62,334 bases of DNA from Gaiellaceae bacterium. Lineage in GTDB: Bacteria; Actinomycetota; Thermoleophilia; Gaiellales; Gaiellaceae. Positions 7,994-17,813 of the stretch are shown piece after piece. A model generated the notes under the pieces. The model was given only the letters and a program-made list of their open reading frames with translations. It was not told the DNA's origin and made no database searches. A program made the position numbers and the translations under genes. Position 1 is the first letter of the stretch. Every line of letters begins with the position of its first letter. The DNA is taken from the NCBI GenBank assembly GCA_035525905.1, contig DATLDK010000087.1, forward strand, positions 1 through 62,334, written 5' to 3'.

Positions 7994-9423
7994 CGCTCGC
8001 GCTCTATCTCGGTGCGGGGGTGCTCGCCACCTCACCTGCCGTCTTCGAGACCGACCACTTCCTCGGCTACGGCGCGCCGCGCGAGGGACGGGTGACACCG
8101 GGTGACCACCTGCAGACGGCCTACAACCTCTGGCTGCCGGGGCACCAGCTCGCCCGCGGCGCGAGGCCTTGGGTCGACCCCTACAGCTTTCAGCCGGAGA
8201 TCGAGCCGCGCGTGAACTTCGCCGGTTGGCCGTTCGCGGTCGTCTACGGGCCGCTGCGGGCGCTGCTCGGCACCGTGGCGGGCTGGAACCTGTTCGTCCT
8301 GCTCAGCTACGCGGGTGCCGGCGGCTTGGCGGCGCTCTGGCTGCGCGCGCTCGGCCTGCCGCTCGGCGCGGCGATCGTGGGGGGGCTCGCCTTCACCCTG
8401 GCGCCCTACCGCGTCGCCCAGTCGACCGGTCACCTCCTCGGCCCGATCTCGATGCTGCTTCCGCTCGCGCTCTACGGGCTCGAGCGCCGGCAGGCCTGGC
8501 TCGCCGCGCTCGCGCTGGCGTCGATCCCGCTCTCCGGCCAGGTGCACCTCGCTCTCGGCGCCGTCCCGTTCGTGCTCGCCTATGCGCTCGCCCGCAGGCG
8601 AGCGTGGCTCGGTGCGATCGCCACTGCCGCGGGCGTTGCAGCAGGCGTCGTCGTCTGGGCTCTCTCACTGCATGACGCCGTCGAGCGCCCCTACTCCGAG
8701 GTCGAGCGCTACTCGGCGTCGGTGAGCGACTTCTTCAGCCGCAACCCGGCCGAGTTCGAGCGCTTCACATACGTCGGCTGGGTGCTGCCCGTCGTCGCGC
8801 TCGCAGGCGTGGGGTGCTTGTGTTTCAGAAGCACGATCTCCTCCGGCCGAAGGCTCGCCCTGGTGCTCGGCCTGGGCGTACTGGCTCCCTGCCTCCTCGC
8901 GCTCGGGGCGAGCCTTCCCGGTTACGGCGTGCTCTGGCGGCACACGCCGCTGCACTCGACCCGAGTCCCCGAGCGGCTGTTGCCGATCGCGTGCCTCTGC
9001 CTCGCGGGACTCGCAGCCGCAGCAGTCGCTTGTGTTTCAGAAACACGAGCTCGCTCGCGGCTCGTCGCGGCGGTCGCGGCCCTCGTGGTGGCGGCCGACC
9101 TCTGGGTGCCGCTCTACGACCCCCTCAACGCGGATGAGGGCAACGCGGTCTACGCCCGCGTGGCCGCCGCTCCTTCCGGGCGGCTGCTCGAGGTTCCCGT
9201 GCTGGCGCCGGACTCCTACGCCGGCAGCGTCTACCTCTACTACGCGATGCAGGCACCCCGGGAGCGGCCGCTCGGGTACTCGACCGCAGCTCCGTCCGAG
9301 GCCTTTCGCACGGCCGGCGAGCTGCCGGGCAGCGCGCGCGATCTGGGCGTCTCGGTGGTGGTCGAGTACTCGAACGGCGCGCCGGTTCGGGCGACGCGCG
9401 ACCTGCGGACACCGCTACCGTGA
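7921..9423 (+). CDS. large polytopic membrane protein, uncharacterised (possibly GT-C/YfhO-like)
   Basis: Part of the 7765..9423 ORF with many hydrophobic helices. The start is uncertain: GTG 7921 gives a basic N-terminus followed by a TM segment, and GTG 8020 is the alternative. Confidence 0.6.
   Translation: MAVRGLGRARLRRAARGRAGVGGLALALYLGAGVLATSPAVFETDHFLGYGAPREGRVTPGDHLQTAYNLWLPGHQLARGARPWVDPYSFQPEIEPRVNFAGWPFAVVYGPLRALLGTVAGWNLFVLLSYAGAGGLAALWLRALGLPLGAAIVGGLAFTLAPYRVAQSTGHLLGPISMLLPLALYGLERRQAWLAALALASIPLSGQVHLALGAVPFVLAYALARRRAWLGAIATAAGVAAGVVVWALSLHDAVERPYSEVERYSASVSDFFSRNPAEFERFTYVGWVLPVVALAGVGCLCFRSTISSGRRLALVLGLGVLAPCLLALGASLPGYGVLWRHTPLHSTRVPERLLPIACLCLAGLAAAAVACVSETRARSRLVAAVAALVVAADLWVPLYDPLNADEGNAVYARVAAAPSGRLLEVPVLAPDSYAGSVYLYYAMQAPRERPLGYSTAAPSEAFRTAGELPGSARDLGVSVVVEYSNGAPVRATRDLRTPLP
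8816..8840. repeat. AT-rich palindromic motif, copy 1 (GCTTGTGTTTCAGAAGCACGATCTC)
   Basis: The core GTGTTTC-A-GAAGCAC is at 8820-8834, inside the membrane-protein CDS. Confidence 0.8.
9028..9052. repeat. AT-rich palindromic motif, copy 2 (GCTTGTGTTTCAGAAACACGAGCTC)
   Basis: The perfect palindrome GTGTTTC-A-GAAACAC is at 9032-9046. It matches copy 1 at 23/25 positions and lies in a different reading-frame phase. Confidence 0.8.
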
Positions 9424-9429
9424 TCGGGG

Positions 9430-10251
9430 ATGGCGGTGACTGCAGACGGACGCTCCCGCGTTCTTGCCGACGGCAACGAGATCCCGCTGCTCGGCCTCGG
9501 CGTCTGGCAGGTGCCGGACGGGCTTGAGACCGAGAACGCGGTCCGGTGGGCGCTCGAGCTGGGCTACCGCCACATCGACACCGCGCAGGCCTACGGCAAC
9601 GAGGAGAGCGTTGGCCGTGCGCTCCGGGACAGCGGCGTGCCGCGCGACGAGGTCTTCATCACGACGAAGTTCCATCCGGGCCGAAAGGACGCGGGCGACG
9701 AGGCGCAACGAAGCCTCGAGCGGCTCGGCGTCGACCAGCTCGACCTCTACCTCGTCCACTGGCCGCAAGGCGGGCCGACGTGGGCCTGGCCGGGTATGGA
9801 GCGCGCTCGGGAGCGAGGCCACGCGCGCTCGATCGGCGTCTCGAACTTCAGCGTGGGCGAGCTCGACGAGGTGCTGGCAGTGGCGGAGCAGCCACCGGTC
9901 TTGAATCAGGTTCAGTTCAGCGCGCTCAAGTTCCGGCGCCAGCTGCTCGAAGCCTGCGAGGAGCGCAGCGTCGCGCTCGAGGCTTACAGCCCGCTCGGCA
10001 CCGGCCGGCATCTCTCCGACGAGCGCGTCGGCGCCATCGCGGAGCGCGTCGGACGAACGCCGGCGCAGGTGCTTCTGCGGTGGTGCCTGCAGCGGGATGT
10101 CGTTGTCATTCCCAAATCCACGCACCGCGACCGCATCGAAGAGAACGGCCAGGTCTTCGATTTCACGTTGTCCGACGAGGAGATGGCCGCGCTCGACGCA
10201 CTCGACGACACGCGCGGGACCGAGCGCGCGCTCGAGCGCCCCTGGTGGTAG
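9430..10251 (+). CDS. aldo/keto reductase (2,5-diketo-D-gluconate reductase-like)
   Basis: 273-aa ORF with LGLGVWQV, GYRHIDTAQAYGNE and LDLYLVHWP. Confidence 0.9.
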   Translation: MAVTADGRSRVLADGNEIPLLGLGVWQVPDGLETENAVRWALELGYRHIDTAQAYGNEESVGRALRDSGVPRDEVFITTKFHPGRKDAGDEAQRSLERLGVDQLDLYLVHWPQGGPTWAWPGMERARERGHARSIGVSNFSVGELDEVLAVAEQPPVLNQVQFSALKFRRQLLEACEERSVALEAYSPLGTGRHLSDERVGAIAERVGRTPAQVLLRWCLQRDVVVIPKSTHRDRIEENGQVFDFTLSDEEMAALDALDDTRGTERALERPWW

Positions 10252-10262
10252 GCCAGCCTCGG

Positions 10263-11039
10263 CTACATGCCCATCGCGTGATACCCGGCGTCGACGTAGA
10301 GCGTCGTCCCGGTGACGTTCCTCGCATCGTCCGAGAGTAGATAGGCAGCAGCGGAGCCGACATCGTCGGCGTCGATGTGGCGGCGCAGGGGCGCACGCTC
10401 GACGAACATCGTCTCCATCTCGGTGAAACCGGCGATGGAGCGGGCGGCCAGCGTCCGCACCGGGCCGGCCGAGACCGCGTTGACCCGGATCTCCTTCTCG
10501 CCGAGGTCCCAGGCGAGGTACTTGACGGATGCGTCGAGCGTCGCCTTCGCCACCCCCATGACGTTGTAGTGCGGCACCGCGCGCTCACCGCCCAGGTACG
10601 TCATGGTCACGATCGAGCCGCCTCCGGCCGCCTCCATCAGCGGCTCGGCAGCGCGCGCAGCCGCGACGAGCGAGTACGCGCTGATATCGAGAGCCATCCA
10701 GAATCTGTCGCGCGGAGTGTCGGTGAAGCGCCCTTCCAGGTCCTCGGCGGCGGCGAAGGCCACCGAGTGGACGAGGAGGTCGAGCTTCCCGTCCCAGGCA
10801 GTGGCCGCCTCGCCGAAGACGCGGTCGATGTCGGCGTCCGAACGCACATCGCACGGCGTCACGAGCTCCGAGCCGACGGACGACGCCAGCTCGCGTACGT
10901 TGCTCTCGATCCGTTCGCCCTGGAACGTGAAGGCGAGCTCGGCGCCCTCCTCCGCCAGCCGCTTCGCGATCGCCCAGGCGATCGAGCGCTTGTTGGCCAC
11001 GCCCAGGACGAGCGCGCGCTTGCCGTCGAACCTGCCCAC
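10263..11039 (-). CDS. fabI: enoyl-[acyl-carrier-protein] reductase (NADH)
   Basis: 258-aa ORF starting GKRALVLGVANKRSIAWAIAKRLAEEGAELAFTFQ, with FabI-like sequence throughout. Confidence 0.9.
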   Translation of the reverse strand: MGRFDGKRALVLGVANKRSIAWAIAKRLAEEGAELAFTFQGERIESNVRELASSVGSELVTPCDVRSDADIDRVFGEAATAWDGKLDLLVHSVAFAAAEDLEGRFTDTPRDRFWMALDISAYSLVAAARAAEPLMEAAGGGSIVTMTYLGGERAVPHYNVMGVAKATLDASVKYLAWDLGEKEIRVNAVSAGPVRTLAARSIAGFTEMETMFVERAPLRRHIDADDVGSAAAYLLSDDARNVTGTTLYVDAGYHAMGM

Positions 11040-11087
11040 GGCGCGAGTCTAAGGCAGCCATGGAGAAGTGCGGCTACTCTGCCGTTC

Positions 11088-14000
11088 GTGCGCCGCCTCG
11101 TCGGATCGATCGCACTCGGCGCGGCGCTCTTGGCCGCGGCGACCGCGTCTGCAAGCCTCCAGCCGATCGAGCGGCATCAGGGCGAGATCGAGATCCCGCG
11201 CGTGCGCGCCGGCACGATCACCGTCCCGAAAGCGCATCGCGAAGGACGCATCACGGTCATCCTCACGCTCGCGGACCCGCCGCTCGCGGCGTACTCCCGA
11301 ACACTGGCGGGGAGTAGTGGCGTGCGGCGGCTACAGACGTCGACGGGCGCGGCGCGGGCGTACGTCGCCAAGCTCCAGCGGGCGCAGCGCGCCGCCGCCG
11401 CAACGCTCAAGCGAGCGATCCCGGAGGCGAAAGTCGAGCGGAGCTTCACGATCCTGCTCAACGGGATGGCGGTGAACCTCCCTACGACCGAGCTGGCGCG
11501 AGCGGCGAAGCTCTCGTTCACCCGGAAGCTCTACCCGAGCTACCGCTACACGCTAGCCCTCAACCGCAGTCCCGGGCTGATCGGCGCCGACGCTCTCGCT
11601 GCGGCCGGCGGCGGCGCCGGCGAGGGCATGAAGATCGCGGTCGTGGACGACGGCGTCGACCCGGCAAACCGGTTCTTCAACCCGGAGGGCTTCAGCTATC
11701 CCCCGGGGTTCCCCAAGGGTGGAGTCAAGTGGACGACGCCGAAGGTGATCGTCGCGCGTGCGTTCGTCGGCACGGGCGCGGACGAGCGCAGCCGGCTCGC
11801 GCTGGATCCGAAGGCCTCGTTCCACGGCACGCACGTCGCCGGTATCGCGGCCGGGGACGCGGGCACGACCGCCCCCGCCGGCACCGACCATCCGACGACG
11901 CCCGGGCTCTCAGGCGTCGCTCCGCGGGCGCAGATCGGCAATTACCGGGTGTTCAACGTCCCGACTCCCGCCGGCCACGTGGGCAACACGCCCGAGATCG
12001 TCGCCGCTTTCGAGTCCGCCGTCCGGGACGGGATGGACGTGATCAACTTCTCGGGCGGGGGCCCTCAGACCGATCCCGAGAGCGACGCCCTGGTCGAGGC
12101 AGTCCGAAACGTCGCGGCGGCAGGCGTCGTTCCCGTGATCTCGGCTGGCAACGACCGCGACGACTACGGGCTCGGCTCCGCCGGCTCGCCCGGGACGGCC
12201 CCGGACGCGATCTCGGTCGCCGCGCTCTCCAACGCGCATGTCTTCGCCCCGGCCCTGAGCGTGACCGCGCCCGGCGCCCCTGCTCCACTGACCCGGATTC
12301 CGTTCGCGCGCGGAGCGGGCGGTGCGTCCCCGGCCGGCTGGGCGACTTCCGACGTTCCGCTCGTGGACGTCGGCACGCTGATCGGCGTCAACGGCGCCCC
12401 GGTGCCGCGGAATCTCTGCGGGCCCGTGGGCAACCTGAACGGTGGCGCTTCACCCCTCCCGGCCGGCTCGCTGACAGGGGCGATCGCGCTCGTCACGCGG
12501 GGTGTCTGCACCTTCGCCTTGAAAGCCGCTCGCGTGAAGGCCGCCGGCGCGATCGGCCTCGTCGTCGTCGACAACCGACCCGGGGAAGCGAACGGCATCC
12601 CCGTCGCCCTGGCCGTTCCCGCCGGCATGATCTCCGACGCCGACGGCGCGGCGCTGCGCTCCTATTTGGAGAGCCGCGGCGGCCGCACGGCGATCCGCAT
12701 CGGGCGCGACAACCAAGAGCTCGTCACGGGCCGCAGCGGGGTCGTCACCAGCTTCTCCTCGGGAGGCCTAACGGCGTTCGGCCACCTGCTCAAGCCCGAT
12801 CTCGGGGCGCCGGGCGGGCAGATCCTCTCGTCCACGCTCCCGATCGCGGGCGGCCCGTTCGCCTCGTTCGATGGGACGAGCATGGCGGCGCCCCACATCA
12901 CGGGCGCAGTGGCATTGCTGTTGCAGCGTCACCCGAATTGGACGCCGCGTCAGGTCAAGTCGGCGCTCGTCTCGACGGCGGCAAGCGCCTGGGCGGACAC
13001 CGCGCGCACGGTCGAGGCGCCGGTGCTCACGGCAGGATCGGGCGAGGCGGACGTCGTCGCTGCCAACGACCCGAAGCTCTTCACCGACCCGGTCTCCCTC
13101 TCGTACTCCGACGTCAACGTCAGCCACGGCACCGCGTCGAAGTCGATGCTGCTCGCGGTCTCCGACGCGGGCGGCGGCGCCGGCTCCTGGACGATCGAAG
13201 TGCGGCCGCAGTCGCAGCCGAGCGGTGTCCAGATCATCGTGCCGGGCACGATCACCCTGACGCCCGGCGGAGACGCCCAGGTTCCGGTCACCGTCAGGGC
13301 GGCTGGCGATTCCTCGGTCGGCGAGGCCTACGGCTTCCTGCTCCTGCGCCGCGGCAGCGTGACAAGGAAGGTGGCGTACGCGCTGCTCGTGACGCGGCCC
13401 GGACTCGAGCAGGCGCCGGTGATCCCGCTGGGCCAGTTCCAGTCGGGCGACACGCGCAAGGGAGTCTCGCGGGCCTCCGTCTACCGCTATCCGGCAGCCG
13501 CCTTCGGTCCGGCCCCGAGCTACGTCGGTGCGCCGGTGAACGAGGACGGCGCCGAAACGCTCTACCGGATTCGGATCGACGAGCCCGCGATCAACCTCGG
13601 CGCGGCGGTGATCGCGGCCTCGCCGGGAGCGCTGATCCACCCCTGGGTCCTCGGCTCCCCGGACGAGAACGACGTGCAGGGCTATGCCGGCACGCCCGTG
13701 AACGTCAACAACCTGACGCTCGACTTCCCACTGGACATCGGCGCCGCGGCGACGGTCTTCCCGCGCACGAAGTCGTACTACGTCTCCGTCGACTCCGGGC
13801 GGGACCAGTTCACGGGCCGCTCGCTGGCCGGGTCCTACGTGCTGCGCGCGTGGGTGGACGACCTGCAGCCGCCGCTGCTCGGGCTGATCACGAGCCGCGT
13901 TGCGGCCGGGCGGCCGACGATCGCGCTGCGCGTGCTCGACCTCGGCGCCGGCGTCGATCCGTATTCGCTCGTGATCGGCTACCGGCAGGCGCTTGTGGCA

Positions 14001-14471
14001 GCCGCCGCGTACGACCCCGTCAGCGGAATCGCGATCTTCCCGCTGCCGGCCCAGGCGCCCGCGCTCAGGCCTGGCAAGCAGCTCCTGTCCGCCTCCGCAG
14101 CCGACTTCCAGGAGGCGAAGAACGTCGACTCGGTGGGAGACGAGCTGCTGCCGAACACCGCTTTCGCGTCCGGCAACATCACCGTCGTCAACGGGCCGGC
14201 GGTCACGTGGGTGACGCCGGACGTCAATGAGTGCACTCCCGCCCAGACGCCTCTCCTCGTGCTGGCGTCCTCCACGGCCGCGGTCCGCTCCGTACGGTTC
14301 CTGGACGGCCGCAAGCCGATCGCGGCGCAGAGCCGCGGCGGAGCCGGGCTCTTCTCCGGTGTCTGGAGGCGCGGTTCGGCGGCCAAGGGCAAGCACACCC
14401 TGCGGGCGATCGTCACGGACGCCAAGGGGCGCAAGGCAGAGGCGCAGCGCGTCGTACGCGTCTGCAAGTAG
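11088..14471 (+). CDS. secreted subtilisin-like serine protease (S8) with PA-domain insert and long C-terminal extension
   Basis: GTG 11088 precedes the signal peptide VRRLVGSIALGAALLAAATASA. The catalytic triad contexts are KIAVVDDGVD, HGTHVAGIAAG and GTSMAAPHITGAVALL. A PA-like segment (GAIALVTRGVCTF) is present. Confidence 0.85.
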   Translation: MRRLVGSIALGAALLAAATASASLQPIERHQGEIEIPRVRAGTITVPKAHREGRITVILTLADPPLAAYSRTLAGSSGVRRLQTSTGAARAYVAKLQRAQRAAAATLKRAIPEAKVERSFTILLNGMAVNLPTTELARAAKLSFTRKLYPSYRYTLALNRSPGLIGADALAAAGGGAGEGMKIAVVDDGVDPANRFFNPEGFSYPPGFPKGGVKWTTPKVIVARAFVGTGADERSRLALDPKASFHGTHVAGIAAGDAGTTAPAGTDHPTTPGLSGVAPRAQIGNYRVFNVPTPAGHVGNTPEIVAAFESAVRDGMDVINFSGGGPQTDPESDALVEAVRNVAAAGVVPVISAGNDRDDYGLGSAGSPGTAPDAISVAALSNAHVFAPALSVTAPGAPAPLTRIPFARGAGGASPAGWATSDVPLVDVGTLIGVNGAPVPRNLCGPVGNLNGGASPLPAGSLTGAIALVTRGVCTFALKAARVKAAGAIGLVVVDNRPGEANGIPVALAVPAGMISDADGAALRSYLESRGGRTAIRIGRDNQELVTGRSGVVTSFSSGGLTAFGHLLKPDLGAPGGQILSSTLPIAGGPFASFDGTSMAAPHITGAVALLLQRHPNWTPRQVKSALVSTAASAWADTARTVEAPVLTAGSGEADVVAANDPKLFTDPVSLSYSDVNVSHGTASKSMLLAVSDAGGGAGSWTIEVRPQSQPSGVQIIVPGTITLTPGGDAQVPVTVRAAGDSSVGEAYGFLLLRRGSVTRKVAYALLVTRPGLEQAPVIPLGQFQSGDTRKGVSRASVYRYPAAAFGPAPSYVGAPVNEDGAETLYRIRIDEPAINLGAAVIAASPGALIHPWVLGSPDENDVQGYAGTPVNVNNLTLDFPLDIGAAATVFPRTKSYYVSVDSGRDQFTGRSLAGSYVLRAWVDDLQPPLLGLITSRVAAGRPTIALRVLDLGAGVDPYSLVIGYRQALVAAAAYDPVSGIAIFPLPAQAPALRPGKQLLSASAADFQEAKNVDSVGDELLPNTAFASGNITVVNGPAVTWVTPDVNECTPAQTPLLVLASSTAAVRSVRFLDGRKPIAAQSRGGAGLFSGVWRRGSAAKGKHTLRAIVTDAKGRKAEAQRVVRVCK

Positions 14472-14492
14472 ACGGCGAGTAGGGTCGGCCGC

Positions 14493-15242
14493 ATGAAGGT
14501 GGCCGTCGTGACGGGTGCGTCCAGCGGGATCGGCGCCGCAACCGCCAGAGAGCTGACGCGCCGAGGCTGGGAGTGCGTGCTCGTCGCGCGCCGGCAGGCG
14601 CGGCTGGAGCCGCTCGCGACCGAGTTGAGCGCCGAGCACGAGCTCTGCGACGTCTCGGACCCGACCGACGTCGAACGGGCGGCAGCTGCAATCCTCACAC
14701 GCCATCCGACGGTCGACCTGCTCGTCAACAACGCGGGCATCCCGGCCCGCGGAGACTTCTTCACGCTCGAGCCGGAGCGGATCGAGGCGGTGCTGCGCAC
14801 CAACTACCTCGGCGGCGTGTGGTTCACCCGGGCGCTCGAGCCGGCGTTGCAGGCGGGGTCGCACGTCGTCAACGTCGTCTCGGTAGCCGGTGTGGTCGCC
14901 TTCGGACCAGCGGGCCCGTACGCGGCGTCGAAGCACGCGCAACTCGCATTCTCCCGGTCGCTCGCGGGCCTGCTCTCGGGACGCGGCGTGCAGGTGCACA
15001 CGGTCCTACCAGGCTTCGTCGAGACGGAGGGTTTCCCGCAGAAGAGCGTGCTCACGAGCGCGTTCTTCCGTCGAGCCGTGATCGGACCGGAGCTCGTCGC
15101 GCAGCGGATCGTGCAGGCCGTCGAGTCGGGCCAGCGCGAGCTCTACGTCCCGCGGTGGTACCGCGTCTTCGGGCTCGCCCAGGCGCTCCTACCGGGCTTG
15201 ACCGCGCGCCTCGTGGCGCGGTCGGGGTATCGCCGGACCTAG
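14493..15242 (+). CDS. short-chain dehydrogenase/reductase (SDR)
   Basis: 249-aa ORF with VVTGASSGIGAA, NNAG and YAASKHA. Confidence 0.85.
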   Translation: MKVAVVTGASSGIGAATARELTRRGWECVLVARRQARLEPLATELSAEHELCDVSDPTDVERAAAAILTRHPTVDLLVNNAGIPARGDFFTLEPERIEAVLRTNYLGGVWFTRALEPALQAGSHVVNVVSVAGVVAFGPAGPYAASKHAQLAFSRSLAGLLSGRGVQVHTVLPGFVETEGFPQKSVLTSAFFRRAVIGPELVAQRIVQAVESGQRELYVPRWYRVFGLAQALLPGLTARLVARSGYRRT

Positions 15243-15526
15243 CGGGTCTTCGCGAACCGCTGGACGGCAGCGAGCAGCTCTTCGGTCTTCTCGCGTGCCT
15301 GCGCTTCGTCACCGGAGGCGATCGCCCCCGCGACGCAATGGCTGACGTGGTCGTTGAGCACCTTCAGGCCGACGCTCTCGAGCGCGGTCATCGCTGCGCC
15401 GATCTGCGTGAGGATGTCGATGCAGTAGCGCTCCTCGCCGACCATCTTCTCGATCCCCCGGACCTGTCCCTCGATTCGGCGCAGCCGCTTGCCGATCGCG
15501 ACCTCGTCGTAGCCGTGTCCGGTCAT
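15239..15526 (-). CDS. csoR: CsoR/RcnR-family metal-sensing repressor
   Basis: 95 aa from ATG 15526. It has [16 protein letters not shown] and the C..H..C ligand pattern ([14 protein letters not shown]). The start overlaps the copA stop (ATGA). Confidence 0.85.
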   Translation of the reverse strand: MTGHGYDEVAIGKRLRRIEGQVRGIEKMVGEERYCIDILTQIGAAMTALESVGLKVLNDHVSHCVAGAIASGDEAQAREKTEELLAAVQRFAKTR

Positions 15527-17583
15527 GCGCGCACACTCCGAAAACGCCGCAGCCTGAGCGAGTTGGAGACGACGAAGAGACTCGAGAACGCCATCGCGCC
15601 GGCGGCGACGATCGGGTTGAGCAGGCCCGCGACCGCGAGTGGGATCGCCGCGACGTTGTACGCGAAGGCCCAGAAGAGGTTCCCCTTGATCGTTCGCAAC
15701 GTCCGGCGTGCGAGCCGGATCGCGTCGACGGCGGCGCGCAGGTCGCCCGAGACGAGGGTCAGGTCGGAGGCTTCGATCGCCACATCGGTGCCCGTGCCGA
15801 TCGCGATGCCGAGATCGGCTTGAGCGAGCGCCGGCGCGTCGTTCACCCCGTCGCCGACCATCGCCACGATCTCGCCCTCGCTCTGCAGGCGCCGTACCTC
15901 GGCGACCTTGTCCTCGGGGTAGACCTCCGCCAGGACGCACTCGACCCCGATCTCCGCGGCGATGCGGTCCGCCGCTGCGCGCGAGTCGCCGGTCAGTAGC
16001 ACCGGCCTCAGGCCGAGCGCGCGCAGCTCACGCACGGCCTCTGCGCTCGAGGACTTGACGCTGTCCTCGACGACGAGACGCGCGCGCAGCTCCCCGCCCC
16101 AGCTGACTCCTTCGCGGTCGACGACGATCTGGAGCCCCTCGACAGTGCCGGCGACACCGCGGCCGGGCGAGTTCCTGAATCCGGTCACCTGCGGCAGCGC
16201 TCCCACTTCCGCCTGCGCTGCCTCGGTGACGGCGAGGGCGACCGGATGCTCACTGGCGCTCTCCACTGCTCCCGCAAGCCGCAGCGCCTCCGTTCGGGAG
16301 GTTCCGTTCAGGAGCACGACGTCCGTCAGTCGCAGCTTTCCTTCGGTGACCGTCCCCGTCTTGTCGAGCACGACCGTGGTGGCGCGGCGCGTGCTTTCGA
16401 GGATCTCCGGGCCTTTGATCAGCAGGCCGAGCTGTGCGCCGCGGCCGGTACCGACCATCAGCGCGGTCGGTGTTGCCAGGCCGAGAGCGCATGGGCAGGC
16501 GATGATCAGGACGGCGACGGCAGCCGTGAAGGCGGCGGACACGTCGCCGCCGAGTGCGAGCCACCCCGCCAGCGTCGCCAGCGACAGCCCCAGCACGACT
16601 GGGACGAAAACGGCTGAGACGCGGTCGACGAGGCGCTGGATGGGCGCGCGGCCGGCCTGCGCCTCGGCGACGAGCCGTGCGATCTGCGCCAGCGCCGTCT
16701 CGCCGCCGACGCGGGTGGCTCGGACGACGAGCCGGCCATAGGAGTTGATCGTGCCGCCGGCGACGGCAGCCTCGGGTGACACCTCGACCGGAAGCGACTC
16801 GCCGGTGAGGAGCGACTCGTCGATCGCGGAGGAGCCTTCTTCGACGACGCCATCGGTGGCGATGCGCTCGCCCGGCCGGACGACGAACCGATCGCCTGCG
16901 ATCAGCTGTTCCACCGGGATCACGACCTCGACACCGTCGCGGAGAACCCGGGCCTCCTTCGCCCCGTGCTCGAGCAGCGCGCGAATCGCGTCGCCAGACC
17001 GGCTGCGTGCCCGGCTCTCCAGGAACCGCCCGAGCAGGATCAGCGTCGTGATCACGCCGGCGACCTCGAAGTACAGGTCTGCGTCCAGCCCCCCGAGGAA
17101 GACGATCGCGGACCACGTAAACGCGGCCACGGTCCCGATCGAGACGAGGGTGTCCATCGTGGCGGCGCCGTGGCGGGCATTCACGAGCGCCGAGCGATGG
17201 AACGGCCAGCCGCCCCACGCGACGACCGGCGTCGCCAGGGCGAGCGCAACCCACTCCCATCCCTCGAACTGCAGCGGCGGGATCATCGAGAGCAGCAGGA
17301 GCGGCGCCGTCAGGGCGGCAGAGACGACGAGGCGGCGCAGCGTCCTCGAGGTGGCGGGCGCAGCCTTAGAGCCCGGAAGCAACGCCCTGTAGCCGGCCGA
17401 CTCGACAGCCGAGACGAGCTCGAGCGGAGTCACGCCATCCGGAAAGGCGACCGTCGCGACCTCGGTCGCGTAGTTCACGGTCGCCTCGACGCCCTCGAGC
17501 CGGTTCAGCTTCTTCTCGACGCGGACCGCGCAGGCAGCGCAGGTCATCCCCTCGATCGGCAGCTGGAGGCGCTGAGTGGCCAC
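15523..17583 (-). CDS. copA: copper-translocating P1B-type ATPase
   Basis: 686-aa ORF with an N-terminal GMTCAACA metal-binding domain, CPC ([12 protein letters not shown]), DKTGT and [10 protein letters not shown]. Confidence 0.9.
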   Translation of the reverse strand: MATQRLQLPIEGMTCAACAVRVEKKLNRLEGVEATVNYATEVATVAFPDGVTPLELVSAVESAGYRALLPGSKAAPATSRTLRRLVVSAALTAPLLLLSMIPPLQFEGWEWVALALATPVVAWGGWPFHRSALVNARHGAATMDTLVSIGTVAAFTWSAIVFLGGLDADLYFEVAGVITTLILLGRFLESRARSRSGDAIRALLEHGAKEARVLRDGVEVVIPVEQLIAGDRFVVRPGERIATDGVVEEGSSAIDESLLTGESLPVEVSPEAAVAGGTINSYGRLVVRATRVGGETALAQIARLVAEAQAGRAPIQRLVDRVSAVFVPVVLGLSLATLAGWLALGGDVSAAFTAAVAVLIIACPCALGLATPTALMVGTGRGAQLGLLIKGPEILESTRRATTVVLDKTGTVTEGKLRLTDVVLLNGTSRTEALRLAGAVESASEHPVALAVTEAAQAEVGALPQVTGFRNSPGRGVAGTVEGLQIVVDREGVSWGGELRARLVVEDSVKSSSAEAVRELRALGLRPVLLTGDSRAAADRIAAEIGVECVLAEVYPEDKVAEVRRLQSEGEIVAMVGDGVNDAPALAQADLGIAIGTGTDVAIEASDLTLVSGDLRAAVDAIRLARRTLRTIKGNLFWAFAYNVAAIPLAVAGLLNPIVAAGAMAFSSLFVVSNSLRLRRFRSVRA

Positions 17584-17589
17584 CGGCGC

Positions 17590-17787
17590 TTATGCGGCTT
17601 CGTAGCCGGCTTCGTCGATCGCCGCGCGCAGGGCGTCGTCTGCGAGTCCATCGCCCCGGACGACCACGAGCTTCGTGTCGAGATCGGCGTCGACGAACTC
17701 GACGCCCGGAACCCGGGCGATCTCCTCTTCGACGGCGGACTTGCAGTGGCCGCAGGTCATGCCGGACACGGTGTAGGTGAGCTCCAT
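17590..17787 (-). CDS. copZ: copper chaperone, heavy-metal-associated domain
   Basis: 65-aa ORF with GMTCGHC. It lies 6 nt upstream of copA. Confidence 0.9.
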   Translation of the reverse strand: MELTYTVSGMTCGHCKSAVEEEIARVPGVEFVDADLDTKLVVVRGDGLADDALRAAIDEAGYEAA

Positions 17788-17796
17788 GGCCGCATC

Positions 17797-17813
17797 ATAC
17801 CCTGTGGGGGTAT
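17797..17813 (-). promoter_or_regulatory. CsoR-type operator ATACCC-N5-GGGTAT
   Basis: ATACCCTGTGGGGGTAT lies 10 nt upstream of the copZ ATG and fills the 25-nt alr-copZ spacer. Its last base is the first base of the alr stop codon. Confidence 0.7.

Noticed and set aside
7599-8105. 168-aa ORF in another frame across the Prx gene, and the 301-aa minus-strand ORF 6854..7759.
   Set aside because: Both give Ser/Arg-rich nonsense translations. They overlap the M14 peptidase and Prx reading frames, which carry clear family motifs.
8816-9052. The GTTTC...GAAAC termini suggested CRISPR repeats or a MITE bounded by the two palindromes.
   Set aside because: There are only two local copies, 212 nt apart, with no regular spacer-repeat periodicity. 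The intervening sequence is continuous membrane-protein coding sequence, and no target-site duplication is present. I therefore report it as an intragenic palindromic motif.
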